A stretch of DNA of 54,421 nucleotides, counting the filler, from Basidioascus undulatus (taxonomy: Eukaryota): assembly GCA_000826855.1 (NCBI GenBank). It is 3 parts of 3 records of this genome, joined end to end, with 100 filler letters (N's around TTAATTAATTAA, not from the genome) between each part and the next. Parts side by side here need not be neighbours in the genome. Positions count along the whole stretch, not along the records: positions 1 to 18,093 come from JTLS01000487.1; positions 18,194 to 36,251 come from JTLS01000488.1; 1 more part is not named here. One strand, 5' to 3'. This document shows, piece by piece, positions 13,046 to 25,191 of this stretch (positions within the stretch are counted from its first letter, which is position 1; every line of letters starts with the position of its first letter). Under the pieces are notes generated by a model. It did not search any database. It had not been told where the DNA came from and saw only the letters and a list, made by a program, of their open reading frames with translations. A program made the translations under genes and the position numbers.

Positions 13046-14692
13046 CACACTCCGCGCTCCCTCCCCCTCCCCCGCCTCTTTCTCCGCCGCCACCTCCTTG
13101 CGCCTGACCAGGTGCCGCACCGTCGTTCGCTTTCACACCCCGCCCGCCGCCCTTCCCTCCGCGACCTCCACCGCGTCCGCCGCGCCCGCCTTGGGGCTTC
13201 GGGCCAGTCGGCGGCGCCCTCGGACCGGCAGGTGGTTGCGCGGACGAGGCCGCCTTGGGCCCGGAGGGGGGAGCGGAAGGTATAGAAGGTGGAACGGGGG
13301 CAGCTCCGGGGCCGGCTGGAGCAGCGGCCGGCGTGGAAGGGCGAGCGAGGATCGTGAGCGGGCTGGTGGGAAGGGCAGGAGTCGTCGATGTCGTGAGCTT
13401 CTTCGTCTTGCACTTCTTGCCTGCAGTCGGACCGGACGGCGGGCCCTTTTTGTCGGCCATCGGCGCAGGCACCTCGCCATTCGCGGCAGCAGCGGCCGCG
13501 GCGGCCGCCTCGCGTGCCTTCTTCGCCGCGCGCTTCTCGCCTTTCCCAAACACATCTCGTCAGTCCGACCACAGTATTCGAAGAGCATGCCGAGACGCAC
13601 CTCTCGTCTTGCCCTTCTTCACCGGCGCACCGTCGCCAGTCGCGGCGCCCACAGTCTTAGCAAGCGCGTCCGCGGCTGGATCAACAGCCTTCTTCTTGTC
13701 CTTCTTCGAGCGCGAGCCGCTGCCGGACGCCGCACGCAGCGCCTTGTTCTTCGCCTTGGACGCCTCCTTCTTCGCCAGGAGGTGCTCGAGCAGCGGCGTC
13801 ATCTTGGGCTTCTCCATGGGGCCTGCAGTGGAACTTCGGCATGAGAATAGTTTCAAAAGGTCGGGTAGGAAAATGAAGCGCACCTGCTCTTTCGGCTTCG
13901 AAGTCCGGCTTCGTCGGGAGCGCTTCGAGCAGCGTCAGGAACGACTTGTAGTCCTCATCTGCGGAAGACAGCGCATTCAATATCAGGTTTCCCATTGGAA
14001 AGACAACAGGAAACACACCTTCGTCGATCGTTCCCTGTCTGTAGTCCTTCTTTTTGCTTGCACTGGGCGTCTTTTGGAAAGGGGCGAACTCGACCGAAGC
14101 ACGACTCTCGCGGCCTGACCGAACCAGCATGAGCTAATGGAAATTTAGAAAAGAAGCTGATTCACACACCTTGCTTGTCCCGGAACAGGTGTCCGTCGAA
14201 GGCTTGGTGGAACGCGACGATGTGCTCGGGCTCCTTGAACAGGACGTACGCCCGCGAAGCGATGTTCTCCTTGTTCGAGTTGCTAGCCCACCATCGCGGT
14301 CAGCCCGAGACCGGCCTGATACATACACATGGTCGTGCTCACCTTGCTCTCAGCTTCCCAGGCCAATACGCCTTCCAGCTCGCTGTCCCATCATTGACCC
14401 ACTGCGCCGCGCTCTCCCAGAACACGGCCTCCGGCAGATTCGGCGGGAGGGACCCAATGACGACCTTCGTCCGCAGCTGCTCGGGTTGCGGCTGCGAGCG
14501 GTTGTTCGTCTTCTTTGGGCCGGTCGGCGGTGCCGCTGCAGGCTTGGGCTGCTGCTGCTGCTTAGAGGGAGTCGGGGCTGCAGGCGGAGCGGGGGAAGCG
14601 AGAGCCTTGGGACCCGTGGGGATGGCTGTCGGCGCGATAGTCGGTGGAGAAGAGTCTAGTGCGTGGCCGTTCGGCGGTACGGTGCTCGACAT
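12993..14692 (-). CDS. UPF3: nonsense-mediated decay factor Upf3 (Smg4/UPF3 RRM), multi-exon
   Basis: LRTKVVIGSLPPNLPEAVFW...YWPGK|SRAYVLFKEPEHIVAFHQAFDGHLFRDKQG|RESRASVEFAPFQKTP...DYRQGTIDE|DEDYKSFL...TPLLEHL is the Smg4_UPF3 pattern. ATG at 14692. The true 3' end is uncertain. Confidence 0.88.
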
Positions 14693-14921
14693 TCTGAGCG
14701 GGCGTGCCTGTGCCCGATGGGGCGGCGAGGAGGAGATATCGGAAGGGCAAGGAGCGTGGCGCGTGCGCGCCGAAGTCCCGGTTGAATCGATTTCTAATGA
14801 GGGTAGTAACAAAGATTAGTCTGGCTAGTATTGCCGGCACTTCGCGCGCGCGCTCCTCAGCCTCAATCATCCATCATCTCCCATCTCACGCTCGCACACC
14901 CACCCACTCTTTACGCCCAGC
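14693..14921. promoter_or_regulatory. probable bidirectional promoter between UPF3 and SYF2
   Basis: Only 229 bp separate the divergent start codons at 14692 (-) and 14922 (+). Confidence 0.55.
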
Positions 14922-16052
14922 ATGCCCCGCAAGTCGACTCGTTCACAGAAGCAGGATGAGCTTGAACAGGCTCCTGCCGCGGAGCCGGAGGTCGCCGAGC
15001 CTGCGCATGCGAAGGCGGAGGAGGCAGGCAGTGAGCCGCCCGACGCCCCCGACCCCGAGCCCAGCCCCGTCGTGATGGACAAGGGCAAGGGCAAGGGCAA
15101 GGGCAAGGCCGTCGAGGAGCCAGCGGTGGAAGCGGAAGAGGACGAGGAGGAGCGGGAGGATGGGGATGGGGAGGAAGCGGACCAGTCGGACAGCTCGGGC
15201 GTAGCGTCGAGTTCGGGCTCGGGGTCGATGGCGCAGCGGATGGCGAAGCTGAAGGAGTTGCGCATACGCATGGTACGCACCATTTCCGCACTCCATATAG
15301 GCCGTCGAGGACGCTCACGTTTGCTTCCCCCGCACACAGCAAAAGTCCACGGCCGAGAACCGCACGGCGCTGCACGTCGAACACAACACGACGCGCAACC
15401 AGGTCCGCGCGGCGCAGAAGGCCGAGAAGGCCGCCAAGCTCGCAGCGGTCATCATGGAGAAGCGCGAGGCGGCGGAGGAAGGATCGGACGTGGAGCGCAG
15501 GAAGGCGTGGGAGTACAGCATCGAGGACAGCGAGAGGTGGGACAAGAAGCAGGCGAAGAAGGAGCGGAGGGCCCAGTTCGAGTTTACCGGTGCGCCGCAT
15601 CTCCGCATACTCCTGGGTTGTGCACGTTCCCGAAGACTGAAGAGAGTGTTGGGCGCACGCAGACTACGACGATGTCGCTCGCCGCAAGTACAAGAAGGAC
15701 ATTGACCAGATCAAGCCCGACCTCGCTGCGTACAACCGGCAGAAGGAAATCACGCTCGGCCTCGCACCCGGTACACTGACCGGCAACTCAGTCACGGCGC
15801 ACTCGGACAAGGCCAAGGCGAGCGAGATGGACCTCTACCGCGACTCGAACAGCCTCGTCTACGCCGACCACAAGCCGTCGCAGGACGACATTGACCGCGT
15901 CGTCGGCAAGCTCAACCAGGAGTACGTGTTGCTCGCTTCTGACACCGTGGAGGATGATGGCTTACGTTGGTTCGTTGCGTTGCGCTGCAGCATCGACAAG
16001 AAGACAAAGCGGTCGCGGAAGCGCAACGAGGACGAGGGCGATGTTACGTACA
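14922..16052 (+). CDS. SYF2: pre-mRNA splicing factor Syf2; final exon not found
   Basis: MAQRMAKLKELRIRM|...ERRKAWEYSIEDSERWDKK...EFT|DYDDVARRKYKKDIDQIKPDLAAY...LYRDSNSLVYADHKPSQDDIDRVVGKL|...DEGDVTY matches the SYF2 family. The expected continuation (INERN...) is absent. Confidence 0.88.
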
Positions 16053-18023
16053 GTGCGTTCCGGTAGACTTCGCTTCTTATGGGAGATGATTGTTTTGGTA
16101 CGGATTGCGGATGCAGCATGTAGTATTTATACCTTTGCGCGTGGCTGACGGCTGCCTCGTCGCCTGAATCCTTGGGGGGGGCTTTCTCTATAGATGTTCC
16201 TTTACCTCGGTGTTACCCGGTACTGGTGTTCGTAAAGCAAGATTCAAGGAGCGCACCTCTGGCGGAAGCGTGAAAGTAAGCATAAAAGATTGCAGGGAGC
16301 GTTGTCGAGTGTGAGGTCGGGAGGAATGGCAAGGGTGAACGTTGCAGCACTGAGAATCATCATCGTTCCAGCTCTGCCCGATATCCAGAGTTTCTGAACC
16401 CAGAATAACTACAATGCGCTTACGGAGTACCAATCCCATCGCTTCGCAAGACGGTGCGCTCCAGGACTTCGTTGCGGTACGGCACCAGTCGAGTCGGGTA
16501 GTCCACGCTCATCCCGTCAAACCCTCTGTAGGTGTGCACCATACCGGGGAAGGCGTCATCCAGCTCAATGCGCCGCTCCGCCGGCTCCCCCTCCGCGTCC
16601 AGCAGCGTGAGCCTCTTGGTTCACGGCCCGCATTTGCGGGGCTCGATCGTTCCGATCAGCCGCCCGTGTACGAAGACCTGAACTTTGTCTGTACTTTCGG
16701 AGCGGTATTCGGCGAGACTGTCCACCATGAGAGGATGCACCGTGATCTTAGGCACTGGGAGGGTCACTGTGTTCAACGGTTACAGTATGAAAACAGGGTG
16801 GACGAGCAGGCTCACCGGCTGTAGACTGTGCAGAGTCGTCGGAAACACGCTTGTGCTTCTTCTCGGTAAGACATGAAAGCATCTCGACTTGAGCGATGGT
16901 GAGGGTAGAGGTGAACCGCAGCTCGGTGCTGGAAAGGCGGATCAGATGCGAGTTGTCAATGATTCTGGACGAAGATAATCAAATAACATTATCATGTAGG
17001 AAACATCCGCCGTGAACATCAGGGAATCATGACCCATGACTCTTCTGGCATGAGCGTTTCAGGTGTATCCGCTTTCCGCGTGGGCGCGCCTCATATCGCT
17101 CGATGTGGGTAGCTGCTTTTACAGCTGGCAGGGTGATACGCTCATCGATCTCCCGCCTCACCTTCCTCTGCGCCACTTGACTCTTTACTTCCGCTATGAG
17201 GACGTATTCCCCTGCCGACCCAACGGCAGGATGTTTTCCGCAACTGTCTGCGTCCTTGGAGCAGCCTGGACTCCCTCAAGTTGGTGCTGGGCTCAAAGCG
17301 GGGGGAGGTGGACGTGTACCTTGCCAATGGGATCCTGATTTCGGTCAGCCAGGAAGAGGGGTATGCGGGAATCAGGGACGTTGTTGAGATACTCTAGGGG
17401 ATCCGGTGCCGGTATGGGTCTCTTAGCTCTTGAGATATCTGATGTAACCGGAGCCTCTGCTGTGCTAAAGCCTCGAAAATGACACTGTTAAATGACCTCT
17501 CAACTTGACTGTTGAACGTTGATTTCGGAAGCCCTTGTGCCCTTTCATGCATCCGTTTGCCAGGGAACGCCGTTTGCCAATCCCTGCATTTTCTTCGCGC
17601 CCCCTTACGCCGATGAATAATAGCTTTCAATGGTTGAACGGGGCTCTTTCCCGCCCAACCAGGCCGGGAAACGATCGAGTCTGTTACCGTGTGTGTTCAG
17701 ATGATTTCGCCAGCTGCTTGACATGCTTACTTGCCGGCACCGCCACTGCACCGATATTGGAATTTTATTGAATATGATAGTAGTGTCGATAAATGTATAT
17801 AGAGAACTGATTCATATTATTTTCAAGCAAGCGAATGGGCTGGACTGTCGGACATGCACGAACCATCCTTGAGCACACTCAAAGAGCCTCTCAGCTCAAA
17901 AAGTACTCTCTTGAGTCTTTTCTTGATTTCCTTAATGATTACAGAATTCGTTCGAGACCCATTACGCACTCCTAGCAAAAGGAGCCTCGGTTATCATCAC
18001 CCAGCGTAAGCGAGTGGTAGTCG

Positions 18024-18093
18024 AGATCAGGGGGTTGCAGGTTCGATCCCTGCGTCGGTCACGGCCGGCTGGCTCAATGGTAGAGTATCTGAC
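18024..18093 (+). tRNA. tRNA halves in permuted order (3' half then 5' half), Trp-like, truncated by contig end
   Basis: 18026-18061 = A TCAGG GGGTT GCAGG TTCGATC CCTGC GTCGGTC A. 18063-18093 = GGCCGGC TG GCTC AATGGTA GAGT A TCTGA C. The acceptor stem (GGCCGGC/GTCGGTC) and anticodon stem (TCTGA/TCAGG) pair between the halves. The anticodon falls in the gap, so Trp is inferred from the D-arm and A73. Confidence 0.7.
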
Positions 18094-18193
18094 NNNNNNN
18101 NNNNNNNNNNNNNNNNNNNNNNNNNNNNNNNNNNNNNTTAATTAATTAANNNNNNNNNNNNNNNNNNNNNNNNNNNNNNNNNNNNNNNNNNNN
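18094..18193. other. artificial contig-joining linker (N44-TTAATTAATTAA-N44)
   Basis: An exactly 100-nt block with a six-frame stop palindrome at 18138-18149. Confidence 0.97.
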
Positions 18194-18271
18194 CCCCCTT
18201 TCCCCCCGGCATTTTCCCTTCTTCCCCCTACATACCATTCGAACACGCCCCTGAACCAGTCCGACCTCACC

Positions 18272-21200
18272 ATGGAGTCTCTGTGAGTCTGACGTTTGCA
18301 CTGATAGTTCGTACTCTCCCTGTTTCTTGGAAGTTCTCCATCGGCTATTTGGCGGGAGCTGGGGAATGGTTGTGCCGCTCTCTGGAAGCCCTGCTGACCC
18401 TCCCGCTCGTCCTTCAGCCGTCAACTCGGACTCGACTCCCCGCAGTCCTCGCCCCGCTTCTACGCACCCCCTCGCCGCGTCAAGAAACCCATCGAGATAC
18501 TTTCCTCTTCCCAGCCCGAGTCCGAGTCGGACGCCGAGTCGAACGTCCCGATTCGTCGCACCGCCGCCGCCGCGAAGGGGCGCAAGCTCCGCGTGCCCGA
18601 TAGCGACGAGGAGGAAGACGAGCAGGACGAGCAGGACGAGCAGGACGAGCAGGAGGACAAGCAGGAGTCTGGCGCGGAGGAGGGCGACGAGTCGTTCGTC
18701 ACTGCGGCGCCTTCGCGCACGCCCGGTCGGCCGGTCGCTCGGTGGGCCGCGGTGGTCGATAGCGAGGAGGAGGGGGACGAGGAAGAAGAGGAGCAGGAGC
18801 AGGAGGTGGCCGAGCAAAGGAAGAGCAGCGAGGACGAGGGCGAGGACGAGGGCAGTCTTGCGGCGGAGGATGACGAGGCCCCGCGCGAGAGCCGCGCCGT
18901 GTCGGTTGACCCGCTCGACGAGGTCGTCAAGACCATGCAGCGGGTCGAGCTGAAGAGCGATGACGAGGAGGTGGAAGTGGTTGAGAAAGCGTGCGTAACC
19001 TCCCTCTATCTCCTTCCAAGCTATCTCCCTTCATACTCATCCGCCTGTTTCCATTACCCTCAGCGCTCCCAAGGCCGCCCAGCCCCCATCGCAACCGCGG
19101 GCGAACAAGTCCTTTGATGGCAGCAATTTGGCCTCGCACTCCATCGACCTGACCGACTCGTAAGCCCTCTGTCTCGAGCCTTTCCCAATTTGCGCAATCT
19201 CATGACCGGAATGCAGGCCCATCTCCGTGTCGAGCCGAGCCTCACCCGCGCCCAAGGCTGTCTTCGGACGCCCAAGCGCTCTCGAGTCGCCCATCAGGCC
19301 GCTACCCTCCTTCCGCAAGAACACCGCGCTTCAGCCTTCCGCTTCAATCAACGTCCCCTCCGCCTCTACCGCGAACCCCTTCCTCCCTCCCCTTCCTCCC
19401 CCAACCAACGCCCACCTGTGGGACCCGTCCTTTAACCGCCAGCCCTCGAAGAGCTACTACCGCCCGCCCGTCCCCATCGCGAAGCCGCAAAGGCCGAACC
19501 TCATTGACGCCTGCGACGACTTTGTCGCGCGTGGGACGCGCCCGGGCGACCTTCTCAACTGGCGCGAGCCGCGCCCCGCGGCGGACCTGCCGGACGCGGA
19601 CGAGTACGCAGAGCGCGTGAGCCCGGACGAGGCGCAGCGCCACCTCCAGGAGATGCTCGGCGGCGCGATGGCGGACATGGAGGAAGTCGACTTGAGCACC
19701 GTGAGCAACACGGTCGAGGGCATGAGCGCCATCACCCTCATGCCCCACCAGATCCGCGGCGTCGCATGGATGAAGGACCGAGAGAAGGGAAAGCAGAACA
19801 AGAATGGCGGGATCTTGGCGGACGATGCGAGTGACGCTTTCTCATTTCGCTATGGTCTATGATCCGACAGCTGAAGAGGGGTGGGAGAATAGATGGGTCT
19901 CGGAAAGACCGTCCAGACGCTCGCAACGATCGTCGGTCATACGCCCGACGTGGACCAGAAAGAGAGATACGGCAAGAGCTCGCTGTGCGTTCCTCATCGC
20001 CCGTCTGCGCAACGCGCAAATTGCTGATGCCGTCGTGGTACACAGCATCGTCACGCCCGTCTCGGTCATGAAGCAGTGGGAGGACGAGGTCAAGAAGAAA
20101 TGCGATAATCTGCGCGTTCTCGTCCACCACGGGCCCTCGCGTTCCAAGGGTACGTCGCTATTCACCTCCATGCCTGTGCCGGTAGATGCTATCGCTTACA
20201 TCCCCAATGCAGACGCTTGCAAGTTCAAGAACTATGATGTTGTCGTACGTCGCTCATGAGGGTGTAGCGACCTTGCCGAGGGCGCGGAGTGACAGGACCT
20301 TCCCTTCGCAGATCACCTCGTACAACACCATTGTTTCCGAGCACACGGTGTTCACCGAGCAGTCGTCCCAGTACAGGGGCTCGGACTCGGACTCGGACTC
20401 GGACTCGGACTCGGTCAGCTTCGGCAAGAGCGTCATGGGCAAGAAGAAGGCAAAGAAGGGCGGGTGCGCGTTGTTCGAGGCGACGTGGTGGCGCATCGTG
20501 CTGGGTACGTTCGCTTCCTTGCGGCAGGCGCACTGCATGAGAGCTAATGAGCGCGCATCACAGACGAGGCGCAGAACATCAAGAACAGGACGGCCAAGAT
20601 GTCGATCGGGTGCGCGGCGCTTGACGGCAAGTTCCGGTGGTGCCTTACCGGTGCGTTGGCCGTATGCGTGAATGTTGATTGAGCAGGACAAGCTGATGTG
20701 AGTTATAAATGCGCGATAGGCACGCCAATCCAGAACTCGGTCGACGAGCTGTACCCGCTTCTTCGCTTCCTTCGCTTCAAGCCGTTCAACGATTGGGACG
20801 ATTTCAAGACGCGCATCTCGCAGCCGATGAAGCAGGGCCGGGTCAAGATCGCCATGAAGCGCCTGCAGGTTCGTCTTTTCCCGAGCCGACCATGCCGTTT
20901 CCTTGCTGCGACACTCACCCGTATCAACGCAGGTCATCCTGAAGGCGATCCACATCCGGCGCCTCAAGACGGACCTCAACGACGACGGCTCGCCACTCGT
21001 CAAGCTCCCCGGGCGCCACGTCGACATCGTCCACTGCGAGTTCGACGAGGACGAGCAGGCGTTCTACGACGCGATTCGCGAGAAGGCGGACCTGACGCTC
21101 AGCAAGTTCATCAAGGACGGCACGCTCAACAACAACTACACCAGCGTCCTCACGATGCTGCTGCGGCTGCGTCAAGGTTGGTTGTGATGGTTCTGCAGCA

Positions 21201-22574
21201 TCTCGTGACGTGGACTGATGCTTTGAGATTATGCAGCTTGCGATCATCCGGGCCTCGTCACCAAGGTGTGTCGGAGAGCCGCGTCTTTCTGCTTGCTATC
21301 AGGCTGTTGCTGACTCTTGGGTTCTGCTACTGTAGAGCTTCACCGCGGACGAGGTCGCGGGCCACCAGCCGGCTGCCAAGAACGGCGCCGAAGCGTCCAA
21401 GGACGCGGACGAGCTCGCCGACATGCTCTCCGGCATGGGCTTCAAGAACAAGAACCAGGACTTGGTTGTGGACAAGCAAGTGTGGGTAACTTCCCATCTC
21501 TCGCTGCATTCCCCTGGTTCAGTCCCTCTGAAAGATGCGCCCCATTTGACGAACAGCAAGGACATGGCGAACCGGTACACGCGCCGCAAGTCGGGCGGGC
21601 ACGCCAACACGATGCCCGACAGCGCGAAGGTCCGCAAGACGCTCGAGATCCTGGCCGAGATCCGGGAGGCGGAGGACGAGGAGGGCGAGCGCATGAACGA
21701 GAAGACCATCATCTTCTCGCAATTCGTCAGTCTCGTGCTTGCGTTGAACGTGCCCTTGGCTGACTCCGCGTCGCTGTGCCGTCCAGACCTCGATGCTCGA
21801 TATCCTCGAGCCGTTCGTCAAGCAGGCCGGGTACAAGTCTGTTCGCTGTGAGTCGGTTCCATGGTTGGCTGAACTCGCCGAGTTGCTTACGCGCGCGTGG
21901 CTTTCGTAGACGATGGCTCGATGAACACTGTCGAGCGCCAGTACGTCTTGGACAAGATCAAGAGCGACTCGAGGACTACCGGTGCGCATCTTCTCCCAGT
22001 TCTCGTGCATTCCACGCAGACTCGTTGACGAGTGTCGGTGGGCGCAGTCATCTTCATCTCGTTCAAGGCTGGCTCGACGGGCCTCAACCTGACCTGCTGC
22101 TCGCGGGTCATCCTCGTCGACTGCTGGTGGAAGTGAGTGTATTGTTTCTAGGGATGAAAGGAAAGGTTCCTGCCGCTGACGTTGGCGACGTGCGCAGCCC
22201 GGCGCTCGAGGACCAGGCGTTCGACCGCGCGCATCGGTCAGTCTAGCATCGGACTTGTGATGCTCTCCCGCAGGTGCTGATACCCCTTTTCGGTTTCCCC
22301 AGATACGGCCAGACGCGGGATGTCGAGATCTATAAGCTTGCCGTGCCATACACGGTGGAGGACCGCATCCTCGAGGTTCGTCTGTCTCGCATCCCTAACC
22401 ATGAGAACCCCGACTAACCCTCCATGCGCCGCCCCCAAACAGCTCCAGGACAACAAGCGCAAGATCGCCGAGGCCGCGCTCAGCGGCAAAGCGATCAACA
22501 ACAAGCTCGGCATGGCCGAGATGGTCAACCTGTTCAAGCACACCGCGCGCGACGACGACGAGGATGACGACTGA
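18272..22574 (+). CDS. SNF2-family ATPase, RAD5/RAD16/ULS1-like clade, multi-exon, no RING evident
   Basis: Acidic N-terminus, then LMPHQIRGVAWM..GGILADD|MGLGKTVQTL, WWRIVL|DEAQNIKN, WCLT|GTPIQN, LLRLRQ|ACDHP, KTIIFSQF, ISFKAGSTGLNLT, PALEDQAFDRAHR|YGQTRDV. ATG at 18272, stop at 22574. Confidence 0.9.
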
Positions 22575-25191
22575 GCGGTTCGCAATACGGGATTCTTCTC
22601 TGCATTCGATTTCCTCTTCATTCTCTTTTGGCTGCGCATTTTGGCTGCGCATTTTGAACAATAACCGCTCATACGTCGACTGGATACTCTGCCCACACTG
22701 CTTACATATGATACCCCCGCGCTCTCGCTGCATTTCATTGCTGTTACTTTGCTCGCTTTTGACCGTCTGTTATCGAGGCTTGGGTGTCGATCAACGATCG
22801 AGCCGGGGCGTCATTCCGCATGGCGAGTAATACAGCTCGCATGGGCAAAGTGCTGCAGCGGTGCAGTGGGGAGTGACCCTCGGCCAGGACCTTTCCATAT
22901 TTTCACTCGCAGTTGACGGCAGAACGGTTCAACGTGCATTTATGCAGAGGCAAAAGGCACACGTATGAAAGGATGAAGAAGTGACTGAAACAAGAATTAC
23001 TACATGGCCATAGTCTTCAACTTCACACAGCACATACTACACTATTCTCAAATTGCCACATAACTGAAAGCATCGGCAAGCTCAGCAAGGGCGTCGTCCT
23101 CGGTGTAATCCCCGCCATAGCGAACAAGCTGAACTCGCTCATCTCGGTGGATGTCATGCACACCCCTCGCAGAATCTAGATTTCGCCCTCCTTCACGAGC
23201 CTGGTATGGGGTGTATTTATTAGAGTATGTGTTTGATGACTGAAGAGACTTACAGGTGCCGGCTCGGAAGGAGGGTACCCCTCAGATGGGCGGCGTCCAG
23301 TTGGATAACATTCGTAGGATTGGAGTCGTCGTCGTCTAGAAAACGGGCCACCTTCGGTCAGCCGTTTCCGATCAAGAACAAGCACTTTGAAATATCAGAC
23401 CTCCGTGTGCAGCAATGAGATAACGATAGAAAGGCCCAGCGATCACCCTGTACGTATCCGTCTTGAGTCGGTCTCGGAAAGACTTGCCAAGGAGCGTGTC
23501 GCCAATGCGTTCGAGTATTTGTCACTATCGGGAGAGTCGCTACAATGCGTTATTTGGGTATGGGCTTGATGGCGATGACTTCAGCCGACGTCCCACGAAA
23601 TGGAGGCCCTCTGAAGTTGTATTAAATTCAGCAGGCCTGTGAAGGCTTCGCATTCAATGAAAACGTACTGGGAACGCCACCCAAGCTCCGTTGCTTTGGG
23701 TCTCGCCGTGGTGCACGCTCCGCTGCCTTCTCCAGCTTGACGGCCTCAGGCCCTGCGTAAATGCAAAAGAATCCAGCGGTGCGAGAATCCGACCCGTCGA
23801 CGATAGACACGTAAAGGTGGGCCCAGGTCTAGTGCTTGTGCCAGAGCACTGCGGCTGTGTCAGCCCAGTTGGCATCATAGGAAAGAGACATAAACCCATG
23901 GCTCGTGTCCGAGCCGCTGACATGGCCGTAATACGCGTCATATCGCTCGTCTTCTCCTTTCGGGAGATGACGAAGCCACCAGCCACATGGCTAGAGCGCA
24001 GACCGTCTGGGCTTGGGCCCTCCTCGTGCAACCGGAAGAGCCAGCGGGCATGACCGGTGGACTCAGAAAGGTATTCGAAAAGGGCAGTGTTGTCGAGAAA
24101 ACAAACACGTCAGCTCCAGTAGAAAGACGCCCTGCTAATTTCAAATTACTTACCTTTTTGAGCTCAACGGAACTTGCGCATATTTCCTTCCCGCAACGCG
24201 GACTCAGAATTGTGTGCAACCGGTTGCCAGCGATAGTTCGGTTCCGTACAAGGACGGATGCTGCCGCGCGCCTGGCTGCAGACAGAGGGCTCAGATGTGC
24301 CCACCCATCGTCCATAAGATTTTGTTTGTTAATGACAAGGAAAGCATGTACCATCTTGCGAGGTGAACAACAAGACAACTGCCTTGCCTGAGTGTATTGG
24401 CGGCACGCGTTCGCAGTGCAGGCCTGAGAAGAATCGATACAGTCATTCACGAAGATGACATGAGGAGTACCTTGGTACAGAATGGTTAAAATGCATACAC
24501 TTTTGCTCTTTCTTCACTCCAACAGGGGCCGTGAACTCAAGCTCTCGACCAGTGAACGCCTCGTTCGACCCCAATAGTGTGCTCACCATGTCTCCATGCA
24601 CCTTCTTCCCAGCTGCTTCAAGGTGTTCTAAGACCCTCCCCTCCGTTATATTACATAGGCTTATCAATATAAGTTTGTTGCCCATATTAAAAAATTTACA
24701 CCAAAACACAGTCGGAGATTCATTAGGGACCTCTTCACCCCCGCCGCTTTCTCCCGTGTCCCAAGCTCACGACAAGCATGTCTGGGAAACACAGCATCTT
24801 CTCTTCAGTTACAGAAGAAGGTTAAACAAATCCAATTACTTTTATGGTGCTGAAAACTTCAACCCATTCATTCTATGGGTTGGATGGGCATGTGTTTCGA
24901 ACAAGGTTCTCTCAGCGGTGGGATTCGGTCTAGGTTGGAGCTGCATGGGAATTATGAAACCTCAAGTGTTTACAAGAGCCAGATTGTTTTTATCGCACGA
25001 GTCCCTCCTAATGGCATGCTTGATTGAGTGTAGTGCTGTGGTGCACCGCAGAAGTGTAGCGCCAGGCTGGCGTGACCGGGACGGGGACCCACGGTCGCGT
25101 TTCTCGAAATTGCCCTTCGACGCGCGCGAACGCGTCTTCCTTCCTGCCACCACCGATCCCTCGCCGCTCTGCTCTTCCTCCCCAATCATCC

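Noticed and set aside
18138..18149. Palindromic TTAATTAATTAA, repeated at 36296-36307, as a possible transposon TTAA site or regulatory motif
   Set aside because: It is centred in identical 100-nt N blocks and is a six-frame-stop spacer used to concatenate contigs.
20381..20413. (GACTCG)n repeat, also (GGCAAG)n at ~15083 and (GACGAGCAG)n at ~18618
   Set aside because: In-frame coding microsatellites (DS, GK, DEQ runs) with no spacers, so not CRISPR-like.
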